Virus record (IMG/VR): IMGVR_UViG_2698536549_000024
Source of the DNA: a virus
Lineage: Duplodnaviria > Heunggongvirae > Uroviricota > Caudoviricetes
Length of the DNA stretch: 4,787 nt
Strand: one strand, 5' to 3'
In this document: piece by piece, positions 1-4,787 of the stretch
Layout: each line of letters starts with the position of its first letter
Numbering within the stretch: position 1 is the first letter of the stretch
Program-made: the position numbers and the translations under genes
Notes under the pieces: generated by a model
The model's input: only the letters and a program-made list of their open reading frames with translations
Database searches by the model: none
Told to the model about the DNA's origin: nothing

Positions 1-2295
1 CCGTTTCTCATCCAGTACCGGCGTCACCTGAATGCTGTTGTTTCCGGCAAACTCAAAAGCCAGTGTGTGCCATCCGTTATCAAAGACCCCGAACGTATCC
101 AGCTTCGCATTCTGCTTCTTGTGGTACATCGCGTTCAGGTTCGTCGCATCCGTCTGCAGGAAGAAGGACATCAGCATGTCGTTGCCTTCCTCTGACAGCG
201 TCACTCCCTCCGGCAGGGACGACAACTGCCAGTAAATACCCAGGGCAAACTGATTCGGCACCAGTGCGCCCGGCACCTTAAACCGCACGCTCACACGTCC
301 GCCTTTCTTCAGCAACTCTGCCCCCTGCCCTGCGGCATCATGCTCCAGAAACCAGATGTGGCTTTCCGGTTTGTTCAGTTGCAGGGCCTTACCACCGGTG
401 GCACCCTCATCACTGACCACAGCCTCAGCGATGTTTTTATTAACACTGTCTCCGCTCGCCGGTTTGTGATAATAGCGCCAGCCCTGTGATGCCAGGTCTT
501 CACCGGACGCCAGCAGACTNNNNNNNNNNNNNNNNNNNNNNNNNNNNNNNNNNNNNNNNNNNNNNNNNNGTCACCTGAATGCTGTTGTTTCCGGCAAACT
601 CAAAAGCCAGCGTGTGCCATCCGTTATCAAAGACCCCGAATGTATCCAGCTTCGCATTCGGCTTCCTGTGATGCATCGCGTTCAGGTTCGTCGTATCCGT
701 CTGCAGGAAGAAGGACATCAGCATATCGTTACCTTCTCCTGACAGCGTCACCCCCTCCGGCAGGGACGACAACTGCCAGTAAATGCCCAGGGCAAACTGA
801 TTCGGCACCAGTGAACCCGGCAACTTAAACCGTACACTCACACGTCCGCCCTTCTTCAGTAACTCCGCCCCCTGTCCGGCTGCATCATGCTCCAGAAACC
901 AGATGTGGTTTTCCGGTTTGTTCAGTTGCAGAGCCTTACCTCCCGTAGCCCCCGCATCACTGACCACCGCTTCAGCAATGTTTTTGTTAACACTGTCTCC
1001 GCCCGCCGGTTTGTGATAATAGCGCCAGCCCTGTGATGCCAGGTCTTCACCGGACGCCAGCAGACTCATCAGGGTTCGGTTACTGACCGGGGCTTCCGCC
1101 TCTCTCTCCGGACCTTCACCGGAAGGTACGGTGGGCCTCACCATATCAGGCTGTTTTCCGGTAATGAATTCAGCGGTTCTCCCGGCGTGCACCAGAATCG
1201 CCGTTGCCAGACGGTCGGAAATAATCCCCCGGCGAGCCCAGGTGCTGAAATGGCTCGCCCTGTCCTGTGACGTCCAGGTGGCTGAGCTGTCACGCCATTT
1301 CGAACCGTAATACCCGATACCCGGAATGTCCGGGTCTTCTTCCGGTTTGTTCGTCGGCACATTCACCCCGTTCTCATCCGTCATGAACGGTACGAAATGG
1401 ATATTCTTTTCCGTTTTGTTTTTATAGCTGCCGTACACCATCTGGTAGGTGGATTCGTTCTTCTGCTTCCAGAAATACGTCGTGTCCCCGCATATCCAGG
1501 GAACACCGCCAGCAGAGCCACCAACGCACTGACCTGCCATATCCGTCAGGTCTGCACGGAATTTATCAACCAGCGCACCAAACTGTGCTGCGTGATTTCC
1601 GGGCGTGCCGTCAAAATCAAATTCCCCCTGCATCCACACCACGGCAAACAGCACATTTTTCGGGTTCTTCTTCAGTGCTGCTTTTGTTCGACCGATAAGG
1701 TCCTTATACAGCGGCTTGTCCACACCCCAGCGCGCTGAATTCTCCGAGGCACCACTCGCGTCACTGTATGTGCCATCAGCTCCGGTGGTGAACGCTGAAC
1801 CACCACGACAGCACGGAACCAGCAGAATACCCGCATTCGCCGGTATAAACGGCAGCAGTTTTTTGGCGATATGCAGCCCCTGCCCCACNNNNNNNNNNNN
1901 NNNNNNNNNNNNNNNNNNNNNNNNNNNNNNNNNNNNNNNNNNNNNNNACTGCGGCGCGCCAGCTGCTTAATACGCGGGTCCGGACGGTCATATGTCTCCG
2001 GCAGCGGAAGACCTTCACCATACGACATGCCATTTGACTGCCCTGCCAGAACCACAACAAAGTAATACTCCGGGTCGCTGGTGGCACTGACAGCCACCGC
2101 CTTACCCTCATTACCGGTCACCGCCACTGGTGTGGTGACATCACCTTCCGCCGCAATGGCCTGCATCAGGGTATAAGGCGTGATGACCACCGGACTGCCA
2201 AATGGCTGCCAGCCCTCCTTCAGTTTTTGTGTCAGTCGTTCAGCAAGGTCTGACGGCGATGCCGCCCTGACCACATCGTAGTGTTTAAATGCCAT
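1..2295 (-). CDS. nanS-p: Prophage-type sialate (9-O-acetyl-N-acetylneuraminic acid) O-acetylesterase, NanS-p-like; 3' end runs off the window; interrupted by two N-runs
   Basis: Seen: ATG is the reverse complement of cat at 2293-2295, preceded by GGGAGG with a 4-nt spacer. The N-terminus MAFKHYDVVRAASPSDLAERLTQKLKEGWQPFGSPVV... continues to ...YYFVVVLAGQSNGMSYGEG. After the 1889-1947 gap the frame stays open from 1888 to the 520-569 gap and, by my hand translation, continues open to position 1 (...NNSIQVTPVLDEKR). Established knowledge: GQSN is the catalytic-serine block of the SASA/SGNH sialate O-acetylesterase family, and the N-terminal region resembles the DUF1737 segment of phage NanS-p proteins. 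Inference: assignment is from recalled motifs, not a search. The track splits this gene into ORFs 1672..2295 and 500..1888 only because the N-run lengths shift the frame. Confidence 0.75.
23..519 (-). repeat. Intragenic tandem duplication, copy 1 (distal, C-terminal copy of the duplicated domain in the esterase gene)
   Basis: Seen: 23-519 aligns base-for-base with 570-1066 at a fixed offset of 547 nt. I counted about 38 mismatches over 497 aligned bases (about 92% identity). Minus-strand translation of copy 1 (SLLASGEDLASQGWRYYHKPASGDSVNKN...NNSIQV) is about 93% identical to copy 2. Confidence 0.9.
520..569. other. N-run (50 nt): assembly gap or mask at the junction of the two intragenic repeat copies
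   Basis: Seen: 50 consecutive n. Codon phase on the minus strand differs on the two flanks (lowest codon coordinate is 2 mod 3 above the gap and 1 mod 3 below). Continuity therefore needs a true length of 1 mod 3, such as 49 or 52, not 50. Confidence 0.95.
570..1066 (-). repeat. Intragenic tandem duplication, copy 2 (proximal copy)
   Basis: Seen: same alignment as copy 1. The two copies are separated only by the 520-569 N-run. Most differences are third-position or conservative, so both copies stay open in frame. Confidence 0.9.
1889..1947. other. N-run (59 nt): assembly gap or mask inside the esterase catalytic domain
   Basis: Seen: 59 consecutive n. Complete codons abut both edges (1948-1950 above, 1886-1888 below), so an intact gene needs a gap length divisible by 3; 59 is not. 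Confidence 0.95.
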
Positions 2296-2494
2296 GAATC
2301 CTCCCGGCCGGGATAATGTTCTGAGTCAGAGAAGGCACGGACTGACCTCCGGAAACACAAAAGTCACACAGAAAAACAGCCCGCAAAAAAGAAATACGCC
2401 CTTACAGTTGCGCAAGGTGATTACTCTAAGGTATTATTAGGGTGCTGAATAAATTACTTCACGTTTTGTTATTTATTCCTTGCTTCCTTGCCAA

Positions 2495-2521
2495 CCGCTC
2501 TTCCCGGGAGCGGTTTTTTTT
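2495..2521 (+). terminator. Candidate Rho-independent terminator, plus strand
   Basis: Seen: stem ccgctc (2495-2500) pairs with gagcgg (2508-2513) around a 7-nt loop, followed by T8 (2514-2521). Confidence 0.5.
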
Positions 2522-2527
2522 ACATGT

Positions 2528-2552
2528 AAAAAGGCTCCTGCGATGAGGAGCC
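2528..2552 (-). terminator. Candidate Rho-independent terminator, minus strand (T0), convergent with the plus-strand terminator
   Basis: Seen: on the minus strand, hairpin ggctcc / 8-nt loop / ggagcc (2533-2552) is followed by T5 (reverse complement of A 2528-2532). It is separated from the plus-strand terminator only by ACATGT. Confidence 0.45.
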
Positions 2553-2801
2553 TGGATGTATGCCTAATCTCTGTATACTGCAGGTGCCGGGTGCCTCCCG
2601 GTGAACAAATGTCCGTGATATCAGTCGGCCACACAGGAAATGATACGATATCACCCCTCCGCACAGGGGGATTCACCATGCCCGTTTTTTTTAACAAACT
2701 CCTCATCAATCAGACAATCATCAACCTCATGAATTGTGAGGAATTTAACATTTCACAACACAGCCTTTTCCCTGCATAAAAAAGCCCCTCCGGAGAGGGG
2801 C
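2553..2801. repeat. Non-coding repeat unit R1 (complete) of a tandem array with about 260-bp period
   Basis: Seen: conserved blocks shared with R2 and R3. Hairpin X tgccgggtgcctcccggtg (2585-2603); hairpin Y cccctccgcacaggggg followed by attcaccATG (2654-2680); block Z gaattgtgaggaatttaacatttcacaacacagccttttccc (2731-2772); then A6 plus a GC hairpin (2778-2801). Confidence 0.85.
2778..2801 (-). terminator. Strong candidate Rho-independent terminator, minus strand (T1)
   Basis: Seen: 7-bp GC-rich stem gcccctc/gaggggc with a 4-nt loop (2784-2801), followed on the minus strand by T6 (reverse complement of A 2778-2783). On the plus strand the same hairpin is followed by ttcgct, which is not a U-tract. 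Confidence 0.7.
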
Positions 2802-3061
2802 TTCGCTACGTGTCTGTTAACCATATGCATGATGCCGGGTGCCTCCCGGTGAGTTCAGTATCAGCACCTGAACCCGCACAGAAAGGATAGAGTAGAAACA
2901 CCTGCGCTGATATGCCCCTCCGCTCAGGGGGATTCACCATGCAGAACTTTTTTAACAACTCCCCCTCAGACAGGCAAGCATCAACCATCTGAACTGTGAG
3001 GAATTTAACACTTAACAACACAGCCTTTTCCCGCACAAAAAAAGCCCCTCCGGAGAGGGGC
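2802..3061. repeat. Non-coding repeat unit R2 (complete)
   Basis: Seen: hairpin X at 2833-2851 (identical to R1), hairpin Y at 2915-2941 (cccctccgctcaggggg attcaccATG), block Z at 2991-3032 (cacttaacaacacagccttttccc), then the terminator hairpin. Block spacing to R1 is 248-261 bp. Confidence 0.85.
3037..3061 (-). terminator. Strong candidate Rho-independent terminator, minus strand (T2)
   Basis: Seen: the same gcccctccggagaggggc hairpin (3044-3061), followed on the minus strand by T7 (reverse complement of A 3037-3043). Confidence 0.7.
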
Positions 3062-3280
3062 CGATCGCTATGTATACACCATAAGCAGCATAGTGCCGGG
3101 TGCCTCCCGGTAGATTCAGCCTGACTACTGAATCTGCGTATTGTGACCATCGCTATGGAGACCATGTCAGACGCCCCTCCGCACAGGGGGATTCACTATG
3201 CTGGCTCGTTTTTACAAGACTTCCATCGATCAGACAATAGTCCATCAACCGAATTGTGAGTCATTTAACATTTCCATGAG
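3062..3280. repeat. Non-coding repeat unit R3 (truncated and diverged: lacks the CA-rich motif and the terminator)
   Basis: Seen: hairpin X at 3094-3111, hairpin Y with ATG at 3174-3200, partial block Z gaattgtgagtcatttaacattt at 3251-3273. Homology is lost after about 3275. Confidence 0.75.
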
Positions 3281-3519
3281 GTAACTGATATCCAGCTAAC
3301 AATCATCTACAATGGACGAAGCCAGTTCCAGAACTTGCCCACGGTACAGCAACAACCACTGCATACACATAATTACCACCGGACTCTCTGAACCTGCCTC
3401 CTGGCTAACCCCAGATACAACACCACCAGTCACAAAAGCATCTTATTCTGAAGTACAACTGCCGTGCGGCAGATACTAAAAGCGCCTGTATGTAACAACA
3501 TAAATATACAGGATATGTT

Positions 3520-3798
3520 TTATCCACGGGATATAATTTTGATTTCATCAAAACCGTTACTACCTGCAATTCTGTTGTACTCCTGAACAAGACTCAGTAA
3601 CTCCGAATTAGCCGCGGTGAACTCCTCACAGACGTTCCGAAGTGCATCTACATCCAGAAGAACCATCTCCTGACCTGAACGTCGATCAGGGGTACAAAAT
3701 AAAACTGTCAGACGACTGAAGACCTTTGTTCGTTCCACATTGACGGCTTCAATACGCTGTAACAGTTGGCTACATCTGATTTTCTCATCAATATTCAC
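3520..3798 (-). CDS. Hypothetical protein (92 aa), function unknown
   Basis: Seen: open frame with a GTG start (reverse complement of cac 3796-3798), weak GGTG Shine-Dalgarno, TTATAAT about 18 nt upstream. The translation is protein-like but I recognise no motif. It is co-oriented with and 89 bp downstream of the AraC-family gene. Start codon is uncertain. Confidence 0.4.
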   Translation of the reverse strand: MNIDEKIRCSQLLQRIEAVNVERTKVFSRLTVLFCTPDRRSGQEMVLLDVDALRNVCEEFTAANSELLSLVQEYNRIAGSNGFDEIKIISRG

Positions 3799-3887
3799 GC
3801 AAACACCAAATGATTATAACTCTTTATGCTGAACACATTCAGACTATATCTAATACAGTCAATCAATATATGCCTGATGAAAAAACA

Positions 3888-4613
3888 TCAGATAACGTCT
3901 GCTTTCTGCAAATATGCATAGCTCTCAGGTGGTGCACCATAATACTGGTGAAATACAGAAATGAAATAGGACTTACTTGAGTAACCACATTTTTCCGCTA
4001 TCGCTTGTCCACACTCTCGCTGGAAACATACAAGATTAACAGCAACACGCATTCGCTCCTCCAGCAACAACCGACTAAAGCTATAACCTTCATCCTTAAG
4101 TTTTCGCTTCAACAAGCTTTCGCTCATATGCAATTGTAATGCAATCACACCTAGCATCCAGCCTGCCGATATGTCGGTCTGAATTATAGCCCTTACTTTA
4201 CAGCTGATATTATTTACAGCACCGGACAAAAATAATGGCAGACGCCTGTCTGTTGCAAATAAGGAGATACATGAAAATGCGGTTATAACAGAGAAATCCT
4301 TCAAAGTATCACTGGATTCACTATGCTGGGTTATTAAAGCCTCCGCCAGTTCCGTATTGTAAATATCAGACATCAAATAAAGAGGCATTTTTGTCGGTGT
4401 ATACTCCGTCAGTTCACACTCCCTTTCCAGATACTGATTGACGACGCTGTTACTTATATCTGCCATTTTCACTCTGTCGGCATAAGCACAGAAAAGCCCT
4501 CTTATATTTCTGGCAACAAGCATAACACTTCCGGCATCGAGTGAAACTTTTTCTTTTTCAAGAAAAATATCTATCGGATAGCGAATCAGGACCACAGAGC
4601 AGGCAACATCCAT
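3888..4613 (-). CDS. AraC/XylS-family transcriptional regulator, GadW/YdeO/GadX-like (comparable to prophage-encoded regulators of the PsrA/PsrB/PatE type)
   Basis: Seen: 241-aa ORF. The N-terminus MDVACSVVLIRYPIDIF parallels GadW MTHVCSVILIRRSFDIY and YdeO MSLVCSVIFIHH as I recall them. The C-terminus has a canonical AraC double helix-turn-helix (SESLLKRKLKDEGYSFSRLLLEERM...IAEKCGYSSKSYFISVFHQYYG). Local composition is clearly AT-rich. Inference: which named paralogue it is cannot be decided without a database comparison. Confidence 0.88.
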   Translation of the reverse strand: MDVACSVVLIRYPIDIFLEKEKVSLDAGSVMLVARNIRGLFCAYADRVKMADISNSVVNQYLERECELTEYTPTKMPLYLMSDIYNTELAEALITQHSESSDTLKDFSVITAFSCISLFATDRRLPLFLSGAVNNISCKVRAIIQTDISAGWMLGVIALQLHMSESLLKRKLKDEGYSFSRLLLEERMRVAVNLVCFQRECGQAIAEKCGYSSKSYFISVFHQYYGAPPESYAYLQKADVI

Positions 4614-4676
4614 TTTGAATTAACCTGAGCAAAAAGACTTAATACCAGTATATTCCAAAAATGGCATTTTGGGAGA

Positions 4677-4787
4677 TTACTTCTGCAAACCGCTCCCGCT
4701 AAATACATCCCTGATTTCCTGCGCAGTCTGTTCAAAACGCCCGGTATCCAGCTCAACGCCAGTTGCACGACGCCCCAGCGCCATCGC
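4677..4787 (-). CDS. 3' end of an unidentified upstream gene (last 36 codons; partial at the window edge)
   Basis: Seen: minus-strand frame open from the window edge to TAA (reverse complement of tta 4677-4679), giving ...AMALGRRATGVELDTGRFEQTAQEIRDVFSGSGLQK*. The segment is GC-rich, unlike the adjacent AraC gene. A short independent ORF starting at the internal Met cannot be excluded. Confidence 0.4.
   Translation of the reverse strand, partial: AMALGRRATGVELDTGRFEQTAQEIRDVFSGSGLQK

Noticed and set aside
500-519. Apparent C-terminus ...SAGVR plus stop at 500-502 of track ORF 500..1888
   Set aside because: This is a frame artefact of the 50-nt N-run. In the correct phase the same bases encode SLLASGEDL and the frame stays open to position 1.
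32-828. Plus-strand ORFs 32..235, 63..281 and 640..828
   Set aside because: They are antisense to the continuous minus-strand esterase frame and are near-duplicates of each other only because they lie in the two copies of the intragenic repeat. Their translations are low-complexity and Ser/Arg/Pro-rich, with no motifs.
1138-2111. ORFs 1138..1362(-), 1397..1738(+), 1605..1970(+), 1776..2111(-) and 1871..2065(+)
   Set aside because: These are alternative-frame or antisense ORFs nested inside the esterase gene. Several run through the N-run as strings of X, and none has motifs or a ribosome-binding site.
2473-3165. ORFs 2473..2709(-), 2480..2779(+) and 2806..3165(-) across the repeat array
   Set aside because: They span terminator hairpins and conserved hairpin blocks, and frames are not conserved between repeat units. 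They are most likely chance ORFs in structured non-coding DNA.
2553-3280. tRNA genes (lambdoid phages often carry tRNAs between Q and the late genes)
   Set aside because: No T-arm GGTTCGA-type motif, no cloverleaf-compatible arrangement and no CCA-end context. The conserved hairpins have C-run then G-run polarity with 5-6-nt loops, unlike tRNA arms.
2553-3280. CRISPR array
   Set aside because: The repeat period of about 260 bp is far too long, the units are conserved throughout rather than repeat-spacer alternating, and no cas genes are present.
3453-3466. Hairpin ctgccg-tg-cggcag as a terminator for the 92-aa ORF
   Set aside because: No adjacent T-tract on either strand, so it cannot be called an intrinsic terminator from sequence alone.
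3405-3590. ORF 3405..3590(-), 61 aa
   Set aside because: It overlaps the 3' end of the better-supported 92-aa ORF in another frame, is Cys/Trp-rich and low-complexity, and has no ribosome-binding site.
3888-4613. Naming the AraC-family regulator as a specific known gene (gadW, ydeO, psrA, psrB or patE)
   Set aside because: Similarity to GadW and YdeO is clear but not near-identity, and the accessory context argues against the chromosomal genes. The exact paralogue cannot be assigned without a database search, so the gene symbol is left blank.
4586-4768. ORF 4586..4768(-), 60 aa
   Set aside because: It overlaps the AraC-gene start and the upstream gene's 3' end in a different frame from both.

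Overview
This 4,787-bp window reads as a mosaic accessory segment, most likely the late-region moron locus of an enterobacterial lambdoid prophage. All convincing coding sequence is on the minus strand. From high to low coordinates: the 3' end of an unidentified GC-rich gene (4677-4787), an AT-rich GadW/YdeO-like AraC-family regulator (3888-4613), a 92-aa hypothetical ORF (3520-3798), a non-coding tandem array of about 260-bp repeat units carrying conserved hairpins and intrinsic terminators (about 2495-3280), and a large NanS-p-like sialate O-acetylesterase gene (2295 down past position 1). The esterase gene contains an internal tandem duplication of about 182 codons and is interrupted by two N-runs (520-569 and 1889-1947) whose lengths break the reading frame. 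The non-coding repeat array upstream of the esterase is the most interesting element: it looks like a set of small-RNA or regulatory modules and carries a CA-rich motif complementary to the GcvB seed as I recall it. No tRNA, rRNA, CRISPR or transposase signatures were seen. All family assignments are from reading the translations by eye; no searches were run.
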